This document shows positions 26,750-36,148 of a DNA stretch of 64,000 nt, piece by piece; the stretch's first letter is position 1, and every line of letters starts with the position of its first letter. The notes under the pieces were generated by a model, which worked only from the letters and a program-made list of their open reading frames with translations, had not been told where the DNA came from and ran no database searches. A program made the position numbers and the translations under genes. Origin of the DNA: Actinomycetota bacterium (lineage in GTDB: Bacteria > Actinomycetota > JAHEXW01 > JAGVPG01); NCBI GenBank assembly GCA_020052375.1, contig JAGVPG010000021.1, forward strand, positions 17,969 to 81,968, read 5' to 3'.

Positions 26750-27229
26750 ATGTTTGAGATCGAGAAGATAGGGAATCCCGTTCTAAGGGAGCCGTCCAAA
26801 GAGGTATCGCTTGAAGATGTGTCTCTAAAGCAATTCGTTGAAGAGATGAAGGAGACTTTACACATCGTAAAAGGACTTGGTCTGGCGAGCAATCAGGTGG
26901 GTATCCTAAAAAGGGTATTTATTTATGACGTCGGAGACGGTCCCGAAGTGATGATAAACCCTGAAGTAGTCTGGGAAAGCGACGAAAAGGTCGAGGATAT
27001 CGAGGGATGCTTAAGCGTTCCCGGCATAGAAGTGACTATTGAACGAGCAGAGAAGATCAGAGTCGAGGGCTTTACCTTGAAAGGGAAGAAGAAGACCATC
27101 GAAGCCGAAGGTCTTCTTGCCAGAGTGATGCAGCATGAGATAGACCATCTGAACGGGACTCTTATCATCGATAGGGCGACGGACGAACAAAGACGCGAGG
27201 CCATGAAAAAGATGCTCGAAGGAGAATAA
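26750..27229 (+). CDS. def: peptide deformylase
   Basis: GLASNQVG, EGCLSVPG, HEIDHLNG. Confidence 0.92.
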   Translation: MFEIEKIGNPVLREPSKEVSLEDVSLKQFVEEMKETLHIVKGLGLASNQVGILKRVFIYDVGDGPEVMINPEVVWESDEKVEDIEGCLSVPGIEVTIERAEKIRVEGFTLKGKKKTIEAEGLLARVMQHEIDHLNGTLIIDRATDEQRREAMKKMLEGE

Positions 27230-27231
27230 AG

Positions 27232-28158
27232 ATGCGCGTTGTCTTTATGGGTACGTCCTCGTTCGCTGTTCCAGTCCTGGAAGCGATCATAAAAAGCCGG
27301 CACAAGATCAAGGCGGTAGTGACGAAGCCGGACCGGCCTGCCGGGCGAGGCCTATATACGATGGCGTCATCTGTGAAGGGCGCCGCTTTGGCACATGGCT
27401 TGAAGATATTACAGCCGGAAAGCCTTCAAGACGCCGAAGCGAAAAAAGCCGTACTTGAGGCCTCTCCGGAAATAGTCGTCGTCGTCGCCTATGGAAAGAT
27501 ACTCCCTTCATGGGTATTCGATGAAGTCCCGCTTGGAGCGATAAACGTGCACGGATCCCTGTTGCCGTCATACCGCGGAGCGGCGCCGATACAGAGAGTG
27601 ATCATCGACGGGCAACCGGAGACAGGAGTCACGATCATCCAGATGGATGAGGGCCTGGATACAGGAGACATCCTTGTGCAGTCGAAGATCGCTATTGGAG
27701 ATGAGGAGACCGCGGGCGAACTGGGAACAAGGATGGCCGGTGTAGGCGCGGTATTAGTGCTCGAATTGCTTGATAGGGCGGAAAAAGGAACGGTGTCGGG
27801 TAAAAGACAACCGGAAGAAGCTTCATACGCGGCCAAGATAGAAAAAGAAGCAGCCAGGATCGATTTCAATAAGAAACCGAAAGAGATACATGATCTGATC
27901 AGGGCATTGAATCCATACCCGGGAGCTTACGCGGTGGTGAACGGTAAAAGACTGAAAGTGTGGCGGGCGCGAGTAGTAGAAGCGGACAAGCAAGGCATCC
28001 CGGGGATGATCGCGGAGTTAGATGCGACAGGCATAGACGTGATGTGCGGGAAGGGTTCGTTGAGACTCCTTGAGGTGCAACCCGAGAACAAGAAATCCAT
28101 GACGGCGGCGGAGTTTGCTCACGGAAGCAGATTAGGAATAGGGGATATGATCGAATGA
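27232..28158 (+). CDS. fmt: methionyl-tRNA formyltransferase
   Basis: MRVVFMGT, NVHGSLLPSYRGAAPIQ; immediately downstream of def. Confidence 0.92.
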   Translation: MRVVFMGTSSFAVPVLEAIIKSRHKIKAVVTKPDRPAGRGLYTMASSVKGAALAHGLKILQPESLQDAEAKKAVLEASPEIVVVVAYGKILPSWVFDEVPLGAINVHGSLLPSYRGAAPIQRVIIDGQPETGVTIIQMDEGLDTGDILVQSKIAIGDEETAGELGTRMAGVGAVLVLELLDRAEKGTVSGKRQPEEASYAAKIEKEAARIDFNKKPKEIHDLIRALNPYPGAYAVVNGKRLKVWRARVVEADKQGIPGMIAELDATGIDVMCGKGSLRLLEVQPENKKSMTAAEFAHGSRLGIGDMIE

Positions 28159-28171
28159 GGAGTGACGAGTA

Positions 28172-28876
28172 GTGTTTTATCTGGATCCATTGTATCTGAT
28201 GATGATGGTGCCGGCTTTTATCTTGACGATCTTTGCTCAGATAAAAGTCAAACATGCTTTCAATAAATATTCTAAGGTACCGGTTAGCTCAAACTTGACC
28301 GGGGCTGAAGCCAGCCGGCGGCTTCTTGAATCTAACGGTCTGAATGACGTGCTTGTCGAAGAGACCGGCGGAAAGTTGAGCGATTACTACGATCCGCGCA
28401 CGAAAGTCTTGCGGTTGTCCCAACCGGTTTTCGAGGGGAGGACGCTTGCCTCGGTGGGAGTCGCGGCGCACGAAACAGGTCACGCTTTGCAGGACAAGAA
28501 CAAGTACTTTCCGATGAAGTTGAGAAGCGGACTGGTTCCGGTAGCGAACTTCGGTTCCAACTTCGCCATGCCTATGTTCTTTATCGGCATACTGATCGTC
28601 GGATGGCTGCGTTCACCGGTCGGATACCTGCTGATGAACCTGGGTATATTAATGTTCACCGTAGCGGTCGTTTTTCAATTGATAACGCTGCCTGTCGAGT
28701 TCAACGCATCGCGAAGAGCGATGGTCATGCTTCGGGAAAACGGTCTTATCACGGAGGAAGAATATCGCCCGACGAAGTCGGTATTGTCGGCGGCTGCGCT
28801 GACATATGTAGCGGCTGCCGCGACGGCGATCTTGACGCTTCTGTATCTGATATTAAGAAGCCAATCACGGGATTAA
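28172..28876 (+). CDS. membrane zinc metallopeptidase (YugP/Zn_peptidase_2 family)
   Basis: AAHETGHALQD; family-typical N-terminus and C-terminal TM helices. Confidence 0.8.
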   Translation: MFYLDPLYLMMMVPAFILTIFAQIKVKHAFNKYSKVPVSSNLTGAEASRRLLESNGLNDVLVEETGGKLSDYYDPRTKVLRLSQPVFEGRTLASVGVAAHETGHALQDKNKYFPMKLRSGLVPVANFGSNFAMPMFFIGILIVGWLRSPVGYLLMNLGILMFTVAVVFQLITLPVEFNASRRAMVMLRENGLITEEEYRPTKSVLSAAALTYVAAAATAILTLLYLILRSQSRD

Positions 28877-29548
28877 GCGGAGCTTATTGGCTAAGATGTG
28901 GGCCTGGCGCGAAGGCTCCGGCAAGCGGTATCGTGTGGCGCAGGCAAGGACCAATCTGATGCAGGAATCCAGGTCGGCCTTATTCCCGACGGATACAAAG
29001 ACAGGTGAAATCCCACGTCTGGTGCGAACAGCCGCACCGATTCTATTTCCTTCTTTGTCAAGGAGTCCGGAGAAGCTCCCGCGTTTGATATCCGGTATAT
29101 CATAAGATCCATAGAGGACGCTTTTTGCGCATCCTATCGTGGGCACATCGAGAAAAAGCCCGACATGGGTAGCGATCCCAAAACCCCTGGGGTGGGCTAT
29201 GCCGTGTCCGTCGATGATGACCGCGTCCGGGACGTTCTCGATGCGTTCGAATGCCTTAAGAAGCAAGGGCGTCTCGCGAAAAGAAAGAAGCCCGGGTACG
29301 TATGGAAATGACGCAGGCCCTGTCACACCGGCTGTCTCGATCACTTCAAGACCGGGAAAAGACATGACCACCACGGCGGCGTATAGCGTATCACCATGTA
29401 TTTCCATCGAAATATCCGCACCGGCTACTGTCTTGATCTCATTCAGATGCGGGCCTTCTACGGATACACGATTACCGGACAGAAGCCTCTGGAGAGCTAC
29501 TGCCTCTTTTGGAGTTGATTCCCATGAGTGCAGGTGTTTTATTTCCAT
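28865..29548 (-). CDS. nfi: endonuclease V
   Basis: VAGADIS, PYVPGLLSFRE, DGHGIAHPR. Confidence 0.88.
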   Translation of the reverse strand: MEIKHLHSWESTPKEAVALQRLLSGNRVSVEGPHLNEIKTVAGADISMEIHGDTLYAAVVVMSFPGLEVIETAGVTGPASFPYVPGLLSFRETPLLLKAFERIENVPDAVIIDGHGIAHPRGFGIATHVGLFLDVPTIGCAKSVLYGSYDIPDIKRGSFSGLLDKEGNRIGAAVRTRRGISPVFVSVGNKADLDSCIRLVLACATRYRLPEPSRQAHILANKLRLIP

Positions 29549-29599
29549 AAACGAAGACTAACATAGCTATGATAGTTTGTGCATACGATCTTCATCTGC

Positions 29600-29605
29600 T
29601 ATAAT
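29600..29605 (+). promoter_or_regulatory. candidate -10 box of the rib operon promoter
   Basis: TATAAT 15-20 nt before the riboswitch P1. Confidence 0.4.
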
Positions 29606-29619
29606 CTTAATAAATCAAA

Positions 29620-29775
29620 TATCGGCCTTCGGGGCAGGGTGAGATTCCCGACCGGCGGTAAAGTCTTTTTAACAAGACTTAAGCCCGCGAGCTTAGATCT
29701 TTAAGCAATAGATCAAAAGCAGATCCGGTGAGATGCCGGAGCCGACAGTAAAAGTCTGGATGGGAGAGGGCGGTT
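29620..29775 (+). promoter_or_regulatory. FMN riboswitch (RFN element)
   Basis: CTTCGGGGCAGGGTGAGATTCCCGACCGGCGGTAAAG, AGCCCGCGAGC, GATCCGGTGAGATGCCGGAGCCGACAGTAAAAGTCTGGATGGGAGAGG; upstream of ribD. Confidence 0.93.
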
Positions 29776-29845
29776 CTTAATCTGGCTTATATAAGCTCAA
29801 GGATCTGCTTTTTCCTTGGGCGTTTTTTATTTAGGGAAAAAGATG

Positions 29846-29866
29846 GAAGAGGGAAGATGGAAGATA
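29846..29866 (+). repeat. 7-nt array GGAAGAG, GGAAGAT x2 containing the ribD ATG
   Basis: Read directly; AGATGGAAGA occurs twice 14 nt apart, giving an out-of-frame upstream ATG at 29843. Confidence 0.8.
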
Positions 29867-30951
29867 GACAATTCATGGAAAGGGCACTGAAGCTAGCCGA
29901 GAAAGGCAGGGGGCGGACGAGCCCGAATCCACTGGTAGGATGCGTCATAGTAAGAGACGGTGAGATAGTGGGTGAAGGATACCACGAGCAAGCCGGTCTG
30001 CCGCATGCAGAGATAAACGCTCTTAAACAAGCCGGAGACAGGGCTGCCGGAGCGACGATGTATGTTTCTTTAGAACCATGCAACATCCACGGCAGGACAC
30101 CTCCGTGTACGGACACGATCATATCGGCTGGGATAAAGAAGGTCGTCGTAGCGACGGATGACTCGAATCCGAAAGTGGCCGGAAAAGGCATGGCGGTCTT
30201 GAAGAAAGCGGGTATCCAGGTGGAATGCGGGATATTCAAGGACCGGGCCAGGAAGTTGAACGAGTCATATAACAAGTATATGACCACCGGCTTGCCTTTT
30301 GTGACCTTAAAGGTGGCCATGAGCCTGGATGGCAAGATAGCTACAAAAACCGGTAGTTCCAGGTGGATAACCGGTGAAGAAGCAAGAGAAGTGGTCCATC
30401 GAATGAGGGCGGACAGCGACGCGGTGCTTACAGGCGCCGGTACTGTCAACGCGGACAATCCCAGTCTTACAGCCCGCCTTGATGAAGAGGGTATACGCCA
30501 ACCGGTGAGGGTGATACTCTCCGGCGACGGTTCGATCGACGAGAATTCATATGTGGTCACCTCCGCGAGGGATCTTCAGACTATCTTGTTTGCGACGGAA
30601 AAGATCACCCTTAGAAAAAAAGACAGGTTGGAAGCTCTCGGGATCGAAGTGGTGGTCATAAAGAGCGACAAAGCGTATGTATCATTGAGACGCGTACTGG
30701 CCGAGTTGGGGAAAAGACAGATCGTAAGCGTAATGGTCGAAGCCGGAACGGCACTTATAACGGCGTTCATAGAGTCCGGGGCGTATGACAAAACAGTCGT
30801 ATTTGTCGCACCCAAGGTGATAGGCGGGAAAGACGCGCCGACTTTCTTTGCGGGATCAGGGATAAGTGACATCAAAGACGCGTCGGATCTTAAGTTCTCT
30901 GACATCAAAAAGGTCGGCAAAGATGTGATGATAGAGGCATATAAGAAGTGA
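29857..30951 (+). CDS. ribD: bifunctional diaminohydroxyphosphoribosylaminopyrimidine deaminase / 5-amino-6-(5-phosphoribosylamino)uracil reductase
   Basis: GRTSPNPLVGCVIV, HAEINAL, LEPCNIHGRTPPC, reductase half. Confidence 0.92.
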   Translation: MEDRQFMERALKLAEKGRGRTSPNPLVGCVIVRDGEIVGEGYHEQAGLPHAEINALKQAGDRAAGATMYVSLEPCNIHGRTPPCTDTIISAGIKKVVVATDDSNPKVAGKGMAVLKKAGIQVECGIFKDRARKLNESYNKYMTTGLPFVTLKVAMSLDGKIATKTGSSRWITGEEAREVVHRMRADSDAVLTGAGTVNADNPSLTARLDEEGIRQPVRVILSGDGSIDENSYVVTSARDLQTILFATEKITLRKKDRLEALGIEVVVIKSDKAYVSLRRVLAELGKRQIVSVMVEAGTALITAFIESGAYDKTVVFVAPKVIGGKDAPTFFAGSGISDIKDASDLKFSDIKKVGKDVMIEAYKK

Positions 30952-31048
30952 GTTGTGAGTTGTGAGTAGTGAGTCGTACTTTTTTGAAGGGATATCCTCG
31001 GATTCCTTTTACCCAACTCACGACTCACTACTCACTACTTACTAGCAA
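30952..31048. repeat. inverted pair of 7-nt arrays forming a 16-bp-stem hairpin
   Basis: GTGAGTAGTGAGTCGT (30962-30977) / ACGACTCACTACTCAC (31020-31035), 42-nt loop. Confidence 0.9.
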
Positions 31049-31056
31049 CGGAGTGT

Positions 31057-31662
31057 ATGGTGTTTACGGGGATCATAGAAGAACTCGGAGAAGTCAAACA
31101 GATAAAGTTGGGAAGGGAGCCGGAGATCTACATAAAGGCAACCGAAGTCCTAGGCGACCTTAAGACCGGTGATTCCGTGGCTGTCAACGGTGTTTGCCTG
31201 ACCGCGAAAAGGATCACAAAGGACGGTTTTGAGGCGGATATGATGCCTGAGACGATTAAAAAAACAGGTCTAAAAGAACTGAGACGCGGGAGTAAAGTGA
31301 ACCTTGAACGTGCCATCAAAGCGGGCGATCGCTTCGGCGGTCATATGGTGAGCGGCCATGTCGACGATATCGGAAGGATAAAGCGGGTCACGCCCGAAAG
31401 CAATGCCAGGATCCTTCTCATCGAGGCGCCGAAAGATGTTATGGAGTTCATCGTCCCGAAAGGTTCGGTGGCAATCGATGGTATAAGCTTGACCGTCGTG
31501 GATGTCACAAGAACGGGTTTTTCGGTGTCGCTGATCCCGCATACCATGAATATGACGGGCCTTGGCGTTAAGAAAACCGGCTCTACGGTCAATATAGAGG
31601 TTGATATGATAGCGAGATATGTATCTAGCAAGAGGCAAGAAGCAAGAAGTAAGAGAGAGTAG
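31057..31662 (+). CDS. ribE: riboflavin synthase
   Basis: [15 protein letters not shown], two-barrel repeat GISLTV. Confidence 0.92.
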   Translation: MVFTGIIEELGEVKQIKLGREPEIYIKATEVLGDLKTGDSVAVNGVCLTAKRITKDGFEADMMPETIKKTGLKELRRGSKVNLERAIKAGDRFGGHMVSGHVDDIGRIKRVTPESNARILLIEAPKDVMEFIVPKGSVAIDGISLTVVDVTRTGFSVSLIPHTMNMTGLGVKKTGSTVNIEVDMIARYVSSKRQEARSKRE

Positions 31663-31682
31663 AGAGTGGAAAGTGGGGATGG
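31627..31682 (+). repeat. eight-unit degenerate 7-nt array (AGCAAGA family then GAGAGTR)
   Basis: Read directly; covers the ribE C-terminal tail, its stop and the ribBA start. Confidence 0.85.
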
Positions 31683-32947
31683 ATATGGGATTTGCGACGA
31701 TAGATGAGGTGCTCAAAGATATAAAGCAGGGCAAGATCGTGATCGTGATCGATGACGAAGACAGGGAGAACGAGGGAGATTTCGTCTGCGCGGCGGAAAT
31801 GGTGACACCGGAGATCATCAACTTCATGGCAAGACACGGACGCGGCCTGATCTGTATGCCTTGTGAGGGAAAGAGATTGAAAGAGCTCGGGATACCCGAA
31901 ATGGTAGCGGATAACACATCGGCTCACAACACCGCGTTCCATGTGTCGATAGGCGCCAAAGGAAAGATCACGACCGGCATATCAGCGAAAGACCGGGCCG
32001 TTACGATCCAGGCGGTCATAGATCCTAAGACAAGGCCGGAAGATATAAGCAGGCCCGGCCATGTTTTTCCTTTAGGGGCATCGGAAGGCGGTGTTCTCAA
32101 GAGAGCCGGCCATACGGAGGCGGCGGTGGATCTCGCTTCGATGTCAGGACTATATCCGGCCGGTGTGATATGCGAGATCATGAACGAAGACGGCACTATG
32201 GCACGTTTGCCGCAACTTAAAAAGGTGGCCCTGGCACACGGGTTGAAGATCGTCACGATCGCCGATCTTATCGAATACCGGCGGCGGACGGAGAAGTTCA
32301 TCGAGAGAGTAGCGGAGATCAACTTACCGACCAGATACGGCGACTTCCGCGCGTTCGCATATAACTGCATCCTTGACGGGAAAGCGCATCTGGCTATCGT
32401 CAAAGGAGATGTGGACGGAAAGGAAAACGTTCTCGTGAGGGTGCATTCTGAGTGCTTGACGGGCGATGTGTTCAAATCATTGCGGTGCGATTGCGGAGAC
32501 CAGTTCGACGAGGCGCTGCAGCGGATCGAGAAGGAAGGCCGGGGTGTGTTTCTATACATGTCACAGGAAGGCCGCGGGATAGGTCTGTTGAATAAGCTCA
32601 AGGCATATGAGCTTCAAGAGCGCGGGAAAGATACGGTCGAGGCCAATCTGGAACTTGGTTTCCCGGCCGACCTAAGGGACTATGGCGTCGGCGCACAGAT
32701 ACTGGTAGACCTCGGCCTGAGCTCGATCAGGCTTATGACGAATAATCCGAGAAAGATAGTCGGTATAGAGGGCTATGGCCTGAAGGTCGTGGAAAGAGTC
32801 CACTTGAAGGTGAAAGCCCATCAAGGCAATATCGAATACCTGAAGACCAAGAAACAGAAGTTGAATCACCTGATCCATGATGACGACCTTAAAGTGCATA
32901 AGACAAACGAGGAAAAAGAAAGGGAGGATTGCCATGAAGACGTATGA
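31679..32947 (+). CDS. ribBA: bifunctional 3,4-dihydroxy-2-butanone-4-phosphate synthase / GTP cyclohydrolase II
   Basis: [37 protein letters not shown]; start moved to ATG 31679 after the ribE stop. Confidence 0.9.
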   Translation: MDMGFATIDEVLKDIKQGKIVIVIDDEDRENEGDFVCAAEMVTPEIINFMARHGRGLICMPCEGKRLKELGIPEMVADNTSAHNTAFHVSIGAKGKITTGISAKDRAVTIQAVIDPKTRPEDISRPGHVFPLGASEGGVLKRAGHTEAAVDLASMSGLYPAGVICEIMNEDGTMARLPQLKKVALAHGLKIVTIADLIEYRRRTEKFIERVAEINLPTRYGDFRAFAYNCILDGKAHLAIVKGDVDGKENVLVRVHSECLTGDVFKSLRCDCGDQFDEALQRIEKEGRGVFLYMSQEGRGIGLLNKLKAYELQERGKDTVEANLELGFPADLRDYGVGAQILVDLGLSSIRLMTNNPRKIVGIEGYGLKVVERVHLKVKAHQGNIEYLKTKKQKLNHLIHDDDLKVHKTNEEKEREDCHEDV

Positions 32948-33398
32948 AGGTAAGATGATCGCATCAGGCCTGAAGTTCGGTATAGTCGTCAGCCGGTTTA
33001 ACGACGCGATCAGCGAACGCCTATTGGACGGCGCGATAGATGCGCTGATGAGGCATGACGCGGACGACAAGAATATAGATGTCGTCTGGGTCCCCGGGTC
33101 TTTTGAGATACCCCAGGTGGCTAAGAAGTTGGTCGATACCGGCAAATACAATGCGGTCATCTGTCTGGGCGCTGTGATCCGCGGAGAGACGCCGCATTTC
33201 GATTTTGTAGCCGGAGAAGCGGCGAAAGGGATCGCCAAGTTGAGCCTGGAAAGCAAGGTGCCCGTGATATACGGGATCCTGACGACCGACACCATCGATC
33301 AAGCGGTCGAACGCGCGGGAATCAAGGCCGGAAACCGGGGGGAGAAAGCCGCTCTATCGGCTATCGAGATGGCTAATCTGCTCAAGGCAGTGAAGTAG
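32934..33398 (+). CDS. ribH: 6,7-dimethyl-8-ribityllumazine synthase
   Basis: [33 protein letters not shown]; AGGGAGG RBS before ATG 32934. Confidence 0.92.
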   Translation: MKTYEGKMIASGLKFGIVVSRFNDAISERLLDGAIDALMRHDADDKNIDVVWVPGSFEIPQVAKKLVDTGKYNAVICLGAVIRGETPHFDFVAGEAAKGIAKLSLESKVPVIYGILTTDTIDQAVERAGIKAGNRGEKAALSAIEMANLLKAVK

Positions 33399-33403
33399 TA
33401 TAT

Positions 33404-34165
33404 ATGAGCACATCACTACCGAACATCATCGCTTGCATCGTTGTCTACAACGATATAAAACTATTGCCGGATTGTCTGAAGAGCCTGGAAAGAGCGGATA
33501 GGATAATCATCGTGGACGGAGCGTATAAAGAATATCCTCATGAAAAGCCTTATTCCACGGACGGAACGATAGAGTTGATAAAGAAGCTGGCGAGAAACGA
33601 TAAGAGGATCGATCTGATCGAGTGCAAGAAGGCGTGGAAGGACGAGATCGAAAAGCGTAATGCATGCTTTCAAGGCACGAAAGGCGATTGGTACCTCATC
33701 ATAGATTCTGATGAGGTACTCGGCGGTAAAACAGTAGAGCAGACCGGGATAACCCCTTTAAGGCAGTTTCTTGAGACATCTGATGCGGATTGTGTTGAAA
33801 TGCCTATCTATTCGCCATTCGAAGGCGGATACGATCGCGCTCCGCGTGTATTCAGACATCGCGACAACATAAGCTATAGATATACTCACTATCTGATATT
33901 CTACGGAGAAGAACTATGGAAGACGCACCCCATTGATGTATTTGATGGATCAACGCTCTGGCATATGCCGCATGTAAGATCTAAAGATAGGAAAGAAAAA
34001 ATGACAGAATATGGTAAGAAGCTGACGATATCGGAACTGGATACCCTGGAAGGGCTTATCAAACACGCAACAGATCATGAGTTGGACAAAGATTCCACGG
34101 ATCATCTAGACAAACTGCGAGTACGCCATAGAGATTGGATGGAAAAGCGGGGATGGCTGAGCTAA
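33404..34165 (+). CDS. family 2 glycosyltransferase-like protein
   Basis: IACIVVYND..LPDCLKSL, IIVDGAY, IDSDE. Confidence 0.6.
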   Translation: MSTSLPNIIACIVVYNDIKLLPDCLKSLERADRIIIVDGAYKEYPHEKPYSTDGTIELIKKLARNDKRIDLIECKKAWKDEIEKRNACFQGTKGDWYLIIDSDEVLGGKTVEQTGITPLRQFLETSDADCVEMPIYSPFEGGYDRAPRVFRHRDNISYRYTHYLIFYGEELWKTHPIDVFDGSTLWHMPHVRSKDRKEKMTEYGKKLTISELDTLEGLIKHATDHELDKDSTDHLDKLRVRHRDWMEKRGWLS

Positions 34166-34208
34166 AATAGGTAAGGTCTTATGTGATTTAAAACGAGAGG
34201 AGAGTAAG

Positions 34209-34493
34209 GTGTCCGGAAACGCATCCGACGAATCCATGATGGATCTAAGCGAGAAGACGGACGAGGAACTCCGCGTATTGCTGGATGCTCTTTGCCGGGA
34301 GGAAGAGCAGATATCGTATAAGAGGCGGATCTTACATGGTAAGATCGATATCTTGCGAGCGGAGCTCGTAGAACGCTTGAAAGACAAAAGAACGCGCGGT
34401 GAGAAGCTCTTTACCCGGAAAGATATCGATAGACTGGGCGAGATCCTGGCCGAGGAAGGCACCGGTGTGTCCAAGAAGGTCATCGAAGAATAG
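34209..34493 (+). CDS. small coiled-coil protein with a single RsiG-like E-x3-S-x2-R-x3-H-x3-D motif
   Basis: GAGGAG RBS then GTG; EEQISYKRRILHGKID at residues 32-47. Confidence 0.5.
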   Translation: MSGNASDESMMDLSEKTDEELRVLLDALCREEEQISYKRRILHGKIDILRAELVERLKDKRTRGEKLFTRKDIDRLGEILAEEGTGVSKKVIEE

Positions 34494-34515
34494 CTAGGAA
34501 GAAAGGACGCGCAAA

Positions 34516-35268
34516 GTGGCCTATATTCTTATAGTCCTGTTCATCGCGCTGGTCGCGCTTCTTATTAGTTACTACGAGTATTGGGGTATCGGTCCCCAGA
34601 AAGGCATAGTAAGAAGGATCCCCAAAAAGAAGGGGAAATATGTAGCGCTGACTTTTGACGATGGCCCCAGTAAGGAATATACCCCCGCAATACTCGAAAT
34701 ACTCAAATCACGCGATGTCAAAGCATCTTTCTTTGTCACCGGCAAAATGGTCGAGCGGTATCCGGATATTGTGAAACGGATGGCGGACGAAGGACATGAC
34801 ATCGGCAATCACACGTACGATCATTTCAATCTGATCCTATTAAGTAATAGCAGAGTCGAAGAACAGATCGAAAAGGGAGAAGATGCGATCAAGTCGATAA
34901 CCGGCATCAAACCGGCCCTTTTCAGACCGCCACGGTGTCTTATGAACAAGCGGATAAGAACGATGATCCTAACAAAAGGGTACCAGATAGTCTTATGGTC
35001 TGTCAGCGCGGCCGATTGGGGTCCGTTGAAAGCTCGCGGAATAGCATTCAGGGTGTGTCATTTTGTCAGGCCGGGACGCATAATACTTCTGCATGACGGT
35101 GGATCGCTGGTCGGAAGCGAAGGTGGAGACAGATCCGATACCGTAAATGCTCTGCCGGTCATCCTCGATCGGTTGATAGAGAAAGGCTACAAGATAGTGC
35201 CGGCATCGGAGTTGATCCGTTTAGCCGAAACCGCTGATGAGATCAGTTGCCTTGACCAAGCTTCTTAA
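34516..35268 (+). CDS. polysaccharide deacetylase (NodB homology domain), membrane anchored
   Basis: ALTFDDGP, GNHTYDH, LFRPP, LLHDG. Confidence 0.85.
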   Translation: MAYILIVLFIALVALLISYYEYWGIGPQKGIVRRIPKKKGKYVALTFDDGPSKEYTPAILEILKSRDVKASFFVTGKMVERYPDIVKRMADEGHDIGNHTYDHFNLILLSNSRVEEQIEKGEDAIKSITGIKPALFRPPRCLMNKRIRTMILTKGYQIVLWSVSAADWGPLKARGIAFRVCHFVRPGRIILLHDGGSLVGSEGGDRSDTVNALPVILDRLIEKGYKIVPASELIRLAETADEISCLDQAS

Positions 35269-35348
35269 GTATAATTAGGGCGCGCTACTAATCTAAACCT
35301 TTACTATAAGTTTGTTGATTGTATTGTCTATCTATACGGGAGGTGTTG

Positions 35349-35618
35349 ATGGCTGACGAACGCGGCCTGGCAAAAGTAGTCAAAAAGTTTCTGGACGAAG
35401 CGTCCATAGATGTATTGGAAGAGCGTGTGATCGCTTATATAGTCCGCGAGTTGCATAACGGGAGGAAGATCGCGGCGATACTTGACGACCCGTATGTAAG
35501 AAACAGGTTGAACGAAGACAAACTGAACGAGATACTAGAGAACAGCGAGATCCTGGAAGCGGTACAGCAGGAGCTGAACAAGGCTTTCAAAGACTGGGAT
35601 TTCAAGTTCCAGGAATAG
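35349..35618 (+). CDS. small hypothetical protein
   Basis: GGGAGG RBS 5 nt before ATG 35349; 89 aa, helical. Confidence 0.45.
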   Translation: MADERGLAKVVKKFLDEASIDVLEERVIAYIVRELHNGRKIAAILDDPYVRNRLNEDKLNEILENSEILEAVQQELNKAFKDWDFKFQE

Positions 35619-35648
35619 TGTATATTTCGATAAGAATGGAGGTTGCAT

Positions 35649-36131
35649 ATGACCAGATGTAAAGAGTGCAACTTCGACAACCCTGAAAACAACGATGCTT
35701 GCGAGAAATGCGGTACGCCGCTTGTCGAAACGAAAGTCTCGGATGATGATACGACGATCATTATTTCTCCATCTGAAGTAGAGATTGAGAAAAAAGAAGA
35801 AAAGACCATCATCACAATCGAGGAGATGAAAGAGGAACAACCGGCTCTCCTTGTGCTGAAAGGACCCAACAAGGGTGACAAGTTCATCTTAAAAAAGGAC
35901 GAGGTCACAATGGGGAGGCATCCGGAAAGCGACATATTCTTAAGTGACATCACAGTATCCCGCAATCACGCGAAGGTCGTACATAAGGAAGGCCGGTTCA
36001 CAATATTCGACAGTGGCAGTCTTAACGGGACATATCTCAACGGGAAACCTGTTGATGAAGCTTCATTATCGGATAAGGACGAGATCCAGATAGGCAAGTT
36101 CAAACTGATGTTTCTTGTCGCCAGAAAGTAG
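35649..36131 (+). CDS. zinc-ribbon plus FHA domain protein (GarA/OdhI-like architecture)
   Basis: CKECNF..CEKCG; FHA core MGRHPESDIFLSDITVSRNHAKV..SLNGTYLNG. Confidence 0.85.
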   Translation: MTRCKECNFDNPENNDACEKCGTPLVETKVSDDDTTIIISPSEVEIEKKEEKTIITIEEMKEEQPALLVLKGPNKGDKFILKKDEVTMGRHPESDIFLSDITVSRNHAKVVHKEGRFTIFDSGSLNGTYLNGKPVDEASLSDKDEIQIGKFKLMFLVARK

Positions 36132-36148
36132 CAGGGCAGGAGGAAGTC

